Source of the DNA: Amoebidium appalachense
Taxonomy: Eukaryota > Protista > Ichthyosporea
Direction of reading: 5' to 3'
Length of the DNA stretch: 64,000 bases
NCBI GenBank assembly: GCA_963693365.1
Contig: CAVNZM010000006.1
Location: 7,109,264 to 7,173,263 of the forward strand
Every line of letters starts with the position of its first letter. The stretch's first letter is position 1. Below, piece after piece: positions 1 through 13,765 of the stretch. The position numbers and the translations under genes were made by a program. The notes below the pieces were generated by a model. It searched no databases. It was not told the origin of the DNA and saw nothing but the letters and a program-made list of their open reading frames with translations.

Positions 1-23
1 TGCTGACGGTTGTTGGGGAGCAG

Positions 24-237
24 AGGATGATGAGGACTTCAAGCCAGTCAGCGAGTCAGATGTGGAGGAAGAGTGGGTGCCCCATGCACGTGCACACAGG
101 GCTAGGAACAAATGCGTTCATAGACACGGACACACCTGCAGCAAGGAGCATGCGCTGCCACTGGCATTATTTGTTTGAAAGTGCACATCACGTGCTTGAG
201 TCTTACGAGTGCTGTGCACATGAAGGTTGCAGGCAGT

Positions 238-322
<85 letters not shown>

Positions 323-2704
323 CACATGCACATGCACATGCACACACATGCACAGGCATGCACATAAAAGCACACACCCCACCGATCATCACGCACAACC
401 CACATGCACACCTCTTGCACGTGCAACATGTCTCCTCCCCCGTGGCTGCCCGTGGCTGACCGGTTGGGTGCAGGTACGACTCTGAGGCCGGTGGGGACTC
501 GAGTGGCAGTGAGAAGGAGGGCGGGGACGACGCAGAGGTGGGCATTGCGTGTGCACGTGGATTGGGTTTGCGAGTGTGTATGTGTGTGTGTTTGTGCGCG
601 GGTGTACGGCTATGCCTGCCATTTGCCAATGGGTGTGTGTGTGATGCATGTGTGTGCGTGTGTGTCCGCTATTGCATGATGCATGCCTGCATGTGTGTGC
701 GTGTGTGTCCGCTATTGCATGATGCATGCCTGCATGTGTGTGCGTGTGTGTCCGCTATTGCATGATGCATGCCTGCATGTGTGTGCGTGTGTGTCCGCTA
801 TTGCATGATGCATGCCTGCATGTGTGTGCGTGTGTGTCCGCTATTGCATGATGCATGCCTGCGTGTGTGTGCGTGTGTGTCCGCTACTGCATGATGCATG
901 CCTGCATGTGTGCCAGGGTCTGGTATTGCATGATGCATGCCTGCATGTGTGTGCGTGTGTGTCCGCTATTGCATGATGCATGCCTGCATGTGTGTGCGTG
1001 TGTGTCCGCTATTGCATGATGCATGCCTGCATGTGTGTGCGTGTGTGTCCGCTATTGCATGATGCATGCCTGCATGTGTGTGCGTGTGTGTCCGCTATTG
1101 CATGATGCATGCCTGCGTGTGTGTGCGTGTGTGTCCGCTACTGCATGATGCATGCCTGCATGTGTGCCAGGGTCTGGTATTGCATGATGCATGCCTGCAT
1201 GTGTGTGCGTGTGTGTCCGCTATTGCATGATGCATGCCTGCGTGTGTGTGCGTGTGTGTCCGCTACTGCATGATGCATGCCTGCATGTGTGCCAGGGTCT
1301 GGTATTGCATGATGCATGCCTGCATGTGTGTGCGTGTGTGTCCGCTATTGCATGATGCATGCCTGCGTGTGTGTGCGTGTGTGTCCGCTACTGCATGATG
1401 CATGCCTGCATGTGTGCCAGGGTCTGGTATTGCATGATGCATGCCTGCATGTGTGTGCGTGTGTGTCCGCTATTGCATGATGCATGCCTGCATGTGTGTG
1501 CGTGTGTGTCCGCTATTGCATGATGCATGCCTGCATGTGTGTGCGTGTGTGTCCGCTATTGCATGATGCATGCCTGCATGTGTGTGCGTGTGTGTCCGCT
1601 ATTGCATGATGCATGCCTGCATGTGTGTGCGTGTGTGTCCGCTATTGCATGATGCATGCCTGCATGTGTGTGCGTGTGTGTCCGCTATTGCATGATTCAT
1701 GCCTGCATGTGTGTGCGTGTGTGTCCGCTACTGCACGATGCATGCCTGCATGTGTGTGCGTGTGTGTCCGCTACTGCACGATGCATGCCTGCATGTGTGT
1801 GCGTGTGTGTCCGCTACTGCACGATGCATGCCTGCATGTGTGTGCGTGTGTGTCCGCTACTGCACGATGCATGCCTGCATGTGTGCCAGGGTCTGGTATT
1901 GCATGATGCATGCCTGCATGTGTGCCAGGGTCTGCTCTTGCATGATGGATGCCTGCATGTGTGCCAGGGTCTGCTCTTGCATGATGCATGCCTGCATGTG
2001 TGCCAGGGTCTGGTGCTATTGCATGATGCATGCCTGCATGTGTGCCAGGGTCTGGTGCTATTGCATGATGCATGCCTGCATGTGTGCCAGGGTCTGGTGC
2101 TATTGCATGATGCATGCCTGCATGTGTGCCAGGGTCTGGTGCTATTGCATGATGCATGCCTGCATGTGTGCCAGGGTCTGGTGCTATTGCATGATGCATG
2201 CCTGCATGTGTGCCAGGGTCTGGTGCTCTTGTGGGGGTGGGCAGGAGAGTGTGTGATCTTCGTGTGTGCTGTCTGGGGCAGAAGGGGGTGGGGGGGGGGG
2301 GGATGGGGAGGGAAGGGGGAGGAGGGAGGGAGGAGGAGGCAACGGTTTGTACGACAGGATGCATGTGGCTGCGGTGGCAGCGACTTTCAGGGACTGACAG
2401 GCCTTTGCAGGAGGGAGACGGAGAGGAGAAGAAGGAGAAGAAGAGAAAGGCGCCCAAAGAGAAGAAGGAAAAACCGGCAAAGAAGCAGAAGACTGAGAAG
2501 CCGGAGAAGGATTCAAAGCGCAAGCAGAAGAAACAGAAGGTGCGTGCGTGTGTGTGCGTGCGTGCGTGTGTGCGTGTGTGTGTTGGGTGTGTGTGTGTGG
2601 GTGGGTGGGTGCATGGGTGCGTGGGTGGGTGGGTGCCTGCTTGTGCGCATGTGCACGTGTGCAGTGTGTCTGCGTGTGTGTGTGTGCGGGTGTTTTTTTT
2701 TTTT

Positions 2705-2752
<48 letters not shown>

Positions 2753-3753
2753 GGTAGGCATAAGGGGATAACGTGGCCTGCACAGGACGAGAATGCACCC
2801 AAGAAGCCCGTCACCCCCTACATGATGTTCTGCAAGGAGCAGAGGGAGACACTGAAGGCACAGCACCCGACACTCAGCCAGACGGTACGTGTGCACGTGC
2901 GTGTGGCGGCATATGGGGGGCACTAACAGGGTGTGGGGAGCAGGAGCTGATGAAGGCCATGGGTGAAGAGTGGAAGAAACGGGGTGACGACGAGAAGAAG
3001 GTGAGCACTGGGTGGTGGTGTGAGCACTGGGGGGTAAGGTGCACACAGGGAGCATGGGGGGGTAGTGTGAACAGTCAGGTAGAGGGTGAGCACACAGGGA
3101 GCATGGGGGCACATGGTGCCAAAGAGGTCTCGGGTGATGGAGGGCGCACAGGGCATGGACCGACGACCTGGTGGTGTAAAGGGAACGTGTTGGCTGTGTG
3201 AACCATACGTGGTGTGGTGGGTGTGTGGCCTGGGGCACTAGTGATGTGTATCCTCATGTAACCCTGGTTGGTTTGTGAGCAGAAGTACAAGGAGAGATAC
3301 GATGCGGAGATGGAGGAGTACAAGGTGCTGGCCAAGGACTACGAGGCATCAAAGCCGAAGGAGGAGTCTGAGCCAAAAGACCAGAAGAAGAAGCAGGTGC
3401 GTGGGTGGGTGGGTGGGTGGGTGGGTGGGTGGGTGCGTGAATGCGTGGTTGGGTGTGTCTGTGTGTCTTTGTAGGTGTGCATGTGTGTGCTGTACGCGTG
3501 TGTGTGCTGTGTGTGTGCATGTGTGTGCATGCGTGTGTGTGAGGTGCGAACGGGTGTGCAGCATGTGTGCATGTGTGTGTGTGTGTTTGCTGCAGAGTGT
3601 GCACGTACGTGCATGCATGCAACCCATGTGCACGTGATGCTCATGTTTTGTGTGGTGCAGGCGAGCAAGAGCAGCAAGTCACCGGCCAAGAAGAAGGTGG
3701 AGTCGCAGTATCAGAGTGCCGAGTTTATCGAGGACTCGGATGTGTCGGACTAG
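24..3753 (+). CDS. SSRP1: FACT complex subunit SSRP1, C-terminal part (acidic region, HMG box, C-terminal tail); gene begins upstream of the window
   Basis: Exons 24-72, 474-537, 2411-2539, 2786-2884, ~2945-3000, ~3283-3396 and 3661-3753 give EDDEDFKPVSESDVEEEYDSEAGGDS...KDENAPKKPVTPYMMFCKEQRETLKAQHPTLSQTELMKAMGEEWKK...KYKERY...SAEFIEDSDVSD*. The acidic DEDF..DVxEEYDS segment followed by an HMG box and an S.EF..DSD tail is the SSRP1 layout. Confidence 0.85.
655..2230. repeat. ~43-bp intronic minisatellite (GCTATTGCATGATGCATGCCTGCATGTGTGTGCGTGTGTGTCC) with an interspersed GTGCCAGGGTCTGGT variant unit
   Basis: Tandem copies are directly visible in SSRP1 intron 538-2410; the variant unit dominates after ~1880. 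Confidence 0.95.
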
Positions 3754-3902
3754 TTCACCATGTAGGGTCAGAGTGCACGTGCAGAGTCTATCGAGTACAC
3801 TGTGTTCGTTATATTAGCATGTTACTGGTGGGGACACTAACTTATTTCCTGGTCTTTTTTTTTTTTTTTTTTTTTTTTTGAGAAGGGGGTGTGTGTGTGG
3901 GT

Positions 3903-3940
<38 letters not shown>

Positions 3941-3969
3941 GAAGGGGGTTGGTGGGTGTGTGTGCGTGT

Positions 3970-4005
<36 letters not shown>

Positions 4006-5298
4006 GGAGCTCTCTAAAGCGCATATGGGTGCTGCTGGGCAGCCAGACGATATGATTGGACGAATGATGCACCAGCACAGGCGGGCCTGGCTGGCAGTTA
4101 GACACGTGGCTGGCACCTCCAGACCACACATACACACGGTTGGCTCATATGCAGATGCACGTGCATGCAGGCAGGTGGCAGGGGCTTCCCCCCTCCTCCC
4201 ACCCCCCCTCCCGCAGCAATTTCTGGCAAAGTATTGTTGGAGTCTATGGAGATGAAGGAGTGCATATGAAGGGGTGACCACACACGGCCATGCATGTGTT
4301 GCTGGATTGGGCCCATATGGGTATGCATGTGGGGTGGTGCATGGCCACACATGCATGTAAAGTGTGGCCGGCGCCGTTCACATGGCTCTATGGGTCGGCT
4401 GCCTCTTTACCTGACTGTGGGCCCCGGGTCAACGTTGCTTGGGGTCTATACTGGAAACTTTGAAGGCTCCCTAGCTGCTTAGAGCAGAGCAAGACTGCCC
4501 CCAAATCGCCATGAGTCACTTGGGCACACGGTGACTCGGTGCACAGTTTTGTAGAAAAGCGCAGAATACAATCTGAAAATATAAGAAATATGATTTGTGG
4601 TGCTGGGATCGAATGGATCCGAGGAAAGGTACGCGGGGGCCTAGGACAGAAAACGGATGCTGGCCACCCCGCCTGTGTGTGTACTAATGGTTCGTACCTG
4701 TGTGCGTGTGTGTGGGGTGGTGGTGGTGGTGGGGGGGGGGGGGGGGGGGGGGGGGGATCCAAGCTCGATGAAAGAAAAGCAAGTAGATGTCAGGGCCTGT
4801 CTGCCGCATATGGGATTGCATGCCCAGGCCCTGTTGGGGTGCCCTGTGTGCATGCGGCCACACATGCCCACCGCTCCCTTGGTTCCAATGACAGAAGTCC
4901 CCCCGCACCTCGTTCCAAAGCCGTAAAACCAGGGGGGAATGATTCGATCCCCCAAGGGGCCGTCAGGCGCCCTATAGCAAGAGATGGGGAAGGACGGTAG
5001 CCCCTCCAAATAAGGCCCAGACGCAAATATGGTTATGGTTTTAGGGTTTTTATTTCAATATAATTTTGGTGATAGTTAATCAAGTAGTGTGTTCTTTAGC
5101 AGTATTTATGAGTGATGTCCCTATACCTAGGGGCTTACGTCGTACGGCCCTATCTCGCCACAGCACAGAGCGGCAGGTATCGACCGACACCGTAACACAA
5201 GTGGATTGTGTTGGCAATGTGGCCGGAGGGAGATGGGAACCACTGTGCTTGATGTCCCCCTAACACAGGCATGGCCCCATGTGCACGGTGCATGGCGG

Positions 5299-5522
5299 TC
5301 AATCCCAGGCCTCCTCCTGGCTCTTGCGCACACACCGCTGCACCTTCTTCTTGAACGTCTCTCTGCTCTCCCGCCACTCTTTCTGCAGAGCACACGTACA
5401 ATCAGTGTGTGCCCTGCGTCTGTCCCCCAGCACACACATGCCCTGCGCCTAATGGCACCCATGTGCCCTAACAACAGTTCAATGGCTTACATGCTCCCCA
5501 TGTCTGCCGCCCAGCCCACATA

Positions 5523-5564
<42 letters not shown>

Positions 5565-6184
5565 ACACACACACACAGTCATCCATCAGGACCCAACCAC
5601 TCAAGCCTGCTAACCCCGTGGGGCCCAGCAGCCACAGGCGCAACAGGAAGTGGCATGCGCTTGGCCCATGTCCCGTGTGTTGTTACCCATGCAACCCCCC
5701 ATGCTGCTATGTGCCCTGTGGCTCTGCTGCTTGCATGTAGTGCCGCCTTGCTCACACCCACAAATCATCCCCCCAATTCCCCTGCCTCGAATTCCATCCC
5801 CCCCCTCCTTCCCCCCGGGCGCCGTGAAGCAGGAGCCACCAAAGCACCGGCAGCCATGCCTCCAACCCCAACGCCACCCAAGGATCACCAGTTCTCAAAG
5901 CCAGTACACCTCCACACGTATGCCACCTGACATGAGCACCCCATATATAGAATTCACTAGAACACATCCTCTAATTTGCAGCCATAGCAACACCATACGT
6001 GCATAGGTGCTGTGTTAGTGTGTGCCGTGCTGGTAGTTGGGTCAAACTGGACACCCTGTGGCATGCCAGGCTTCCTGTCGTAGGCGTGTGCAGTTATATG
6101 CACACATGTGCAGGTGTGTGTGTGTGGCTGTTTGCCGTAGAGGTGCAGACCTGTATGTGAATGCGCATAAGTGGATGTATGTGC

Positions 6185-6274
<90 letters not shown>

Positions 6275-6613
6275 CCGTGTGCGTGTGCATGTGCGCGTGC
6301 ATGTGTGTGTGAGATGTGCACGTACGTGTTGTGTGTGTATGTGGTGTGTGTGTGTGTGGGTACGCGACATCCGTTTATGTGTGTCTTTCACTCGGTGTAA
6401 TTTGTAGCCTGTGATGTGCTTTGCATGTACGGGACAGCTGTCTGCTTTGGAAATGTGAACAGAGACGGGCAATGAAGTTGGGGCTGTGGGTGTGGGATGG
6501 GCAACAGCATGGGTCTGCGCCTGTGTACCATCCAGCATCATGCCAAGGTGTGTGTGTGCGGTTTTTGTGCCTGTACACGTGATTAAATGCGGTGTTAGCT
6601 TGTGTGTGTGTGC

Positions 6614-6651
<38 letters not shown>

Positions 6652-6655
6652 GTGC

Positions 6656-6718
<63 letters not shown>

Positions 6719-6795
6719 TGATATGGTGCGATGCCCGACTTGTGTATCACGTTGGTGCGTACTGTGCACGCTGGTGGTGATGGTTTTTTTTTTTT

Positions 6796-6826
<31 letters not shown>

Positions 6827-7912
6827 GGGGGTGTATGTGTGCTTGGGGGGGGGAGCGGGGGGAGGAGTGCATACTGCGGCGTCCAGGTTTGCAGGGGACT
6901 GGTCGTTGGGGTCTGAGAGCATGGAGATGACGGATATGAGGATGGTCTCGACCGTGTGGATGGGCAGCCAGCGCTCACTTGCTTTCTCGTAGCCCCACTT
7001 GTCCTCCCCTGGCTCGTGCAGGATCGACACACACACGTCCCCGTCCGGCCCCACTGCACCCCCCAGTCAGACAGGGCAAGGCACAAAGAAGGGGGGGGGG
7101 GGAGGGGGGGAGGGGGGGGGGGACGGGCAGAAGCAGCCTTGTGGGTGTCCCTGCAGCACAGGCAGGCAACCCCGAAGCATATATGTGAATCTACGAGCGA
7201 GCATGCACCAAGGCCAGGCAGAACCGTACCGTTGGGGTGCCATATTTCTGACACAAACTTGAGCTTTGGTGGCCGTAGTGGGTACTCCTGGGGGAAGGTC
7301 ATGTGGGCCTTGAACACACCGCCCTCGCTGTGGGGTCACCGGTCAGGCATAGCCACAGACTAAGCAGGATGGCCACCAGCAAGCCTGTGCAAGCATGTGT
7401 GCTGCAAGGACTCTTCAAGCACAGGCACCAAACAGGGGGGCACCTACTAGAGCGTGTCTGGTGGGCCCATGATGATAATCTCCCAGCGGAATATGTCGTT
7501 GTCGTCTATGAGCCCGGCAGAGAACCCCTCCACGGGGTGCTTCATTAGTTCTGCAGGGCTCATGCGTCAGCAACACACAGCCACCACGGCACACACGGCA
7601 CACCGCAACACCATGTAGGGCCAAGCTGGCTGGTGGGGCTCTTCAGCGAGGTGGCATATCTAGTGGGTTATGTCTAGCAAGGTGTAAGCATTAACAATAT
7701 GGTGGCTCTACGTTCCCCGTGATGTGCCTTTTGGACTTCGTACGTGAGAATCTGAACAGCCACCGACCAAGCCCCACTGCCTTCAAACACGGTCGTCTGC
7801 CCGGATCTCATGTTGACCTGCACAGCCAAGTTGCACACTGGTAAGGGGGAGAGCAAGACCTACCCTGCAGCTGGCGCTTGAGCAGCAGCATACCCTGAGA
7901 CTGTGTGGTCAT
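5299..7912 (-). CDS. UBE2G1: Ubiquitin-conjugating enzyme E2 G1 (Ubc7 family)
   Basis: Phase-consistent exons 7912-7864, 7550-7448, 7327-7230, 7053-6875 and 5382-5299 give [71 protein letters not shown]...[50 protein letters not shown]...[33 protein letters not shown]. The acidic loop insertion after the catalytic Cys is typical of UBE2G. Confidence 0.95.
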
Positions 7913-8289
7913 GGTGGCCTAGCGTTGATACGGGTGGAAGGGGAGATGGTGCTTAATTCTTGTGCCAGCACTGCGCCTGCTTCCTAACTCAACTTTCAAA
8001 CAGCTCGCTTTCTCTCTCTCGCAGGTGTCCTTAACTCTTTTGCGCCTGTTGCTATCTTCTGCAAGCCCTGCCTCGTACCTACGTGCATAAATCATTACAA
8101 GTTTTTTTTTCTCTCTATATATGCTTCCCTTTCTGGAGTACAGCCCTTTCTTCGTTTTCCAAGTCTTCGCGTTTGACGTGTGGGACGCGGGAACTTCGCT
8201 CGAGCTTAAAATCACAGCGCAGGGTTGTAACGAGCCTGTGTTGCGCACCAAGCCACCATCCTGATATGGTAACCGCGCCCCAGATATCC

Positions 8290-8350
8290 CTTTTCCATTG
8301 GCTTATTGAGCATTGTTTGCGCAAACTTTGCGCGCCAAATTTTCGAAGTC
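8290..8350. promoter_or_regulatory. Putative bidirectional promoter core between UBE2G1 and NTHL1 (CCAAT box, E2F-like sites, CHR-like TTCGAA)
   Basis: ATTGG at 8297-8301, TTTGCGCAAA at 8316-8325, TTTGCGCGCCAAA at 8327-8339 and TTTCGAA at 8341-8347, in repeat-free DNA between head-to-head genes. Confidence 0.5.
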
Positions 8351-9247
8351 CGAGCATTAATGGAAAGACCTTCCCAAAACTGATTGCTATTCGGGGGAAG
8401 GGAATGGGACAGGGTTGAAGGGGTGTGGAGACGTGTGGCAAGTGTAGGGCTGAAGTGTAAGGAGGGCGCACGTAGGTGTGTGCTGGTCTGGCATGCAGCC
8501 AGGCCTTAGGCGCGCTGTACAGGTGGGCTTGCGCCAGGTGGCACGGTGTGGGGAGGGCCGGCAGCACACGGCGAACCTGAGGGTATGTAAGGTGCTGGCC
8601 CACACACACGCCCTAACGCAGGGCAGGCTAGTGCTGGTGTGTGGCCCACCTGCTTGCACACCTGTCCGTGTCTTTGTTAGCTACCCGGCAAGATGCACAC
8701 AGGCTATGTACATCCTTGCTACTCTTGGAGCTAGGTGCTACTTGTGGGCCGGGTGCAGCCTAGCAGGCACTGTTTAGTCTCTGTCACTGCTTTAGTAGGT
8801 CCACTGCAGCAAGGGATACATGCGCACAGCCAGCATTTTTCCAACAAGGCACTCTTGACATGGTAGCCACACACATACACACGCAACACACACACATGCA
8901 AGCCAGATGCACCTTCACAATCACGCAGGAACACCTGAATGGGCATCTGCACAGTCGCATGCATGTAGCAGCACTTCATCCTGCCTGGTACACATAACCA
9001 GAGCCATAAAATTGCCAAAAATCAAAAAGGCACAAATAAGAAAAAGCAGGCACACAACCTTTGGACGCTGTTCATACACGGCTGTCCCCACTGGCAACAC
9101 TGTACCAACACCCTTGTGGAAAAACTGGCTACTTGACAGGGGACCTTGGCCACACCTCACCAAGCACTAGTTGTAGAAGTTCGTTTTTCTCGACTGCAGC
9201 AGGTCCACCAAGTAATTCTTTAAGTCTGTCTGCAGGTTGCTTTCAGT

Positions 9248-11056
9248 ATGGACGGCAGCAAGGCCAAGCAGAGGGGCCGGAGGAAGGCCCCGGCAGAAGA
9301 TGAGGGAGTGGAGGCCCAGCCAAAGATAAGAAGGAGGAAGACCGTGCACGTGCAGTACGAGAAAGAGGTGCGTGTCCTGGGCCCTGTGTGCGTGCTGGCA
9401 ATGCTTCTTAGTTACAGCCACAATAGCGCACATTTGTGTGCATGTGAGGGCACATGAGCGCATATGAGCGCATAGGAATATGAGTCCATAGGAGGACATG
9501 GGAAGACATTTGAGCTCGCAAGAGGGCATACGAGCGTATGTGATGGCAGGTGATGGCATGTGATGGGCTGAAGGTGTGTTGTAATGCCATGTGTGTGCAT
9601 TAGTCTCACCGTGGCCTAAGGGCTGGGCTGCAGGGAGATGCGACTGGCATGGCAACAGCAACAGATACCCCCTCTGGTGGGTGCACACGCAGACCGTGTG
9701 GCAAGTGTGTATGCGTATGTGGAAGGTAGGTTGCTGACTGGTTTGCAGAGGTGGGCCCAGCACAGTGGCAGAGAGACCTGGAGGCCATACGGGCCATGAG
9801 AAAGGACCGCACAGCCCCCGTACGTTCGGTACCCCAAAGGGGGGGGGGGGGGGGGGGGACCAAGGAGGCTGACAGAAGCTTTTGCAGGTGGATGAGTTGG
9901 GCTGTGAGGTGCTGGGCCGGCTTGGGGGGGAAGGGAAGGGCTTTAGGTTCCACGTGCTGGTGGCCTTGATGCTGTCGTCACAGACAAAGGGTGTGTCACA
10001 CACAGGGGCACTGGGGGACATACACACATGCACACAAACACACATACGCACACACAGGGGGTGCACATGTGCGGTTGTTTAGACACCTGTGCTGCCCTTG
10101 AACACTCTCGAGCTAGCTTCACACACCTTGTGGCAAAAGAAAAAAAAGAGGGGGGGGGGGGGGGGAGGGGGGGGATAGCACACAGAGCAGTGATCGGCAG
10201 CAAGAGCAGAGTATAGCAACGTACATGGGCAATGATGGTGTATATAGACAGTGTGAAGTTCAGCCAATGTGTGGTATCTAAAAGCAGCATAATGCTTAGG
10301 AGCAGTGATCGGCAGCAAGAGCAGAGTATAGCAACGTACATGGGCAATGATGGTGTATATAGACAGTGTGAAGTTCAGCCAATGTGTGGTATCTAAAAGC
10401 AGCATAATGCTTAGCAATGATACCTTAAAGCAATGCATACATTTACACAAAATGTTATCTTTTTTACGATGATGATTTATCCATTACAAGCGACGGTGCA
10501 TATGCATAACAGACCAATATTAGCGATATATCAACGTAATGCACAAAATTTACATGCAAAAGCATCGTAATATATAACAATCATGTCAATAATAGCATCG
10601 ATACTACCCAAAAAACACAGGTGTAGGATAATGGAATCTAAAAGGCATTATCGCGCAACACAGTGGTGTGTATGCACTAGGAGTATATGCATGCATGTTA
10701 GCCTGACACAGTGTGTGGTGCAGATGAGGTGACAGCAGCAGCAGTCAAGCGTCTGTCCAGCCAAGGATGCACACCAGAGCAACTAGTGGCCATGGACAAG
10801 GACCAGCTGGCTGCACTACTCAAGGTCGGTGCCTGTGGCTGCATGTGTGCCCCTGGCTGCGTGGGCCTATTGTAGTCAGGCCTAGGGTCGGGGGTGGTGG
10901 TGGGGTACTGGGTGTATGTTTTTTGGTTTTTTTTCCCGAGGGGGAGAGGGGGGGGGGGGGGGGGGGGGGGGCAATCACTCGGTGGGGGAAAGGTGTGTAC
11001 GTGTGTGTGCCTGTGTGTTTCTGGTTCTTTGTGTGTGCATGTCTGACAGTGTTGGG

Positions 11057-11102
<46 letters not shown>

Positions 11103-11824
11103 GCGTGTGCACGCGCGCATTGCATGTGTGTGTGTGCTCGTGCTTGTTGTATTTGGGTGTGTATGTATGTGGGCGCCCTGTGTGCACGATTTCATGTGTG
11201 TGTTTTGCCTGGTACACACCACATCCAGATGTGGGTGCATCCCTGTGCATGGCCCGTGCTGACGTCACCCTTCAGCCCGTAGGGTTCTACAACCACAAGG
11301 CCACATACCTGCAGAAGGCCTCACAAATCATCATCAACGAACACGGGGGGGACATCCCCGACACTCTGGGTAAGAGGCGGGGAAGGGAAGGGGAAAGGGG
11401 GGGGGGAAGGGGGGAGCTATCAAACAGCAAGGACTGACACGTCTGCAGAGGGGCTCATGGCACTACCGGGGGTGGGGCCCAAGATGGCACACATAGCAAT
11501 GAACGTGGCCTGGGGCAGGCCCATGGGCATAGGTGGGTGCATGCTCTGTGTGTGTGTGCCTGCATGGCCAGCATGCAGGGCTTTACTGGTGCACGTGCAG
11601 GGGTGGACGTGCACGTGCAGCGCATCTGCAACCGGCTGGGCTGGGTGCGCACGGCCAAGCCAGAGCACACCCGCAAGGCCCTGGAGCGCTGGCTGCCACC
11701 CAGCTACTGGGGGGAGGTCAACCTGCTCCTGGTGGGGCTGGGCCAGCAGACATGCACCCCTGTCAGGCCCCACTGTGCCACGTGCCTCCTGAGGACCACG
11801 TGTCCGGCATCCACCGTGAAGTAA
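9248..11824 (+). CDS. NTHL1: Endonuclease III-like DNA glycosylase/AP lyase (HhH-GPD, 4Fe-4S)
   Basis: Exons 9248-9367, 9634-9676, 9749-9819, 9888-9990, 10724-10824, 11276-11369, 11449-11532 and 11601-11824. Motifs [35 protein letters not shown], Hh[19 protein letters not shown] and C-X6-C-X2-C-X5-C ([17 protein letters not shown]). Confidence 0.95.
10185..10414. repeat. 115-bp tandem duplication (2 copies) in an NTHL1 intron
   Basis: GAGCAGTGATCGGCAGCAAGAG...GCATAATGCTTAG occurs at 10185-10299 and again at 10300-10414. Confidence 0.9.
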
Positions 11825-11851
11825 AAAAGAAAAAGAAGAAAGAAAAGGGGT

Positions 11852-12243
11852 CTATGCTGTGGGGATGGCCTTGACGATGTATGTGCAGGGGGGTCAAGGT
11901 CAACGGTCGGTTTGCACATATGTCCCACACACCCAGGCACAAACTCAGGCTGTTTCATGCGCACACCACACACCATATGCATGCCCCATGCACCCAAAAA
12001 GCACGCCCACAAGCACATGCATGCTCCGAGCACCCACATGCAGGCGTAAACCCAATCACACACGTAAGACACGCATGCACATGCACCAGCATGCCCCCAA
12101 TGCCCACACATCTACGGGCATGCCCAAGCACACACACCCACACATGCACTTGCCCACGAACCCAAAAACTTCCGCACACCCCCATGCTTACTCCCAATGC
12201 CCCATATGCACGTACATGCCCAAGCACGCACATGTACACACAG

Positions 12244-12295
<52 letters not shown>

Positions 12296-12779
12296 ACGCA
12301 CACGCACACACACACACACACACACATCAGGATATCCCTTAGCGGCTATGACGGCCCTGCTCTTGACGCTGACCGTGTACCGGGCCACCCACATGGGCTG
12401 CCACTGGCCACCCAGCGCCTGCCCCAGCTGCTGCTTGTGCATGATCACTGTGTGCACACGTCAGCATGGGGGGGATATGGACGTGCTGGGGGGGGGGGGG
12501 GGGGGGGGGTCATGCAAGAATACTGCAAATTGCAAGGCTAAACAGGACTGATGCCGCCCTGAACTGCGCCCTCGTGCTCTTTAGGAAGGGGGGGGGGGGG
12601 GGGGAAGAGCATCGGGATGTGCTCAGTGAGAGGATTGGAGGAAAGAGTGTGGAGTTGGGGAGGGGAAGGGCAAGTCTGCAACGATGTTTAATATTAAAGG
12701 GAAGGAGAACCCGCGGGATGGTGTGTGTGCGTGTGTGTGCGTGTGCGTGTGCGTGTGTGTGGAGGGGAGGGAGGGGGTG

Positions 12780-12814
<35 letters not shown>

Positions 12815-13192
12815 GGGGCAGGGACCTGGGGGGTCTGCGTGGGAGACCAGGTCGATGTTGTGTGCACGTGCCGTGGCCTTCAGGTCATCGGGTATGCTGC
12901 AGCACGTGTCCACATTGACCTGCACAAGGTCAGGCACCACCTGCATGGGTGGCCAGCATAAGTATGTGCACCATCCCATGTGCACACACAGCATACCACA
13001 TACAAACACACATACACACACACACACCTTCCACACATACACACACCATCCGACACACACACACACACACACACGTAGGCACACACACACACACCAACCA
13101 CAGACACACAACCAACCACATGCACACCCTACCACACACGCGGACACACACACACACCCTACCACATGAACACACAACACACCCGAACCCTA

Positions 13193-13278
<86 letters not shown>

Positions 13279-13674
13279 CCTACACCTTCACCCACACCCC
13301 TACCTCCATAAACATGTGCTCCATCCCCCCCCCCCCTCCCCCCCCTCCCAGCATACCCACCAACCCACTCCTCTGACTGCACCCTATTAGTAACCCATGG
13401 CAGCTCCAGCCAGCAGTGATACACCCCACACACACAAACCACACAACACCCACCACAACCAGCACTGCACATCCCCCCTCCCCCCCCCCCCCCCCCCCCC
13501 CCCCCGCCAAAAAAAAAGAGAAAAAAAAAAAAAAAAAACTATAGATTGCACCTACCCCGCCCAAGTCCTGTAGCCTCTGCAGGTCCCGGGCCAGAAAGTC
13601 ACTCAGCCCCAGCCGGCCCACCGTGCCTGTGCTGCGCAGTTTGGCTGCAGCCTGCACACGGGTCAGCGCCCCGT

Positions 13675-13765
<91 letters not shown>

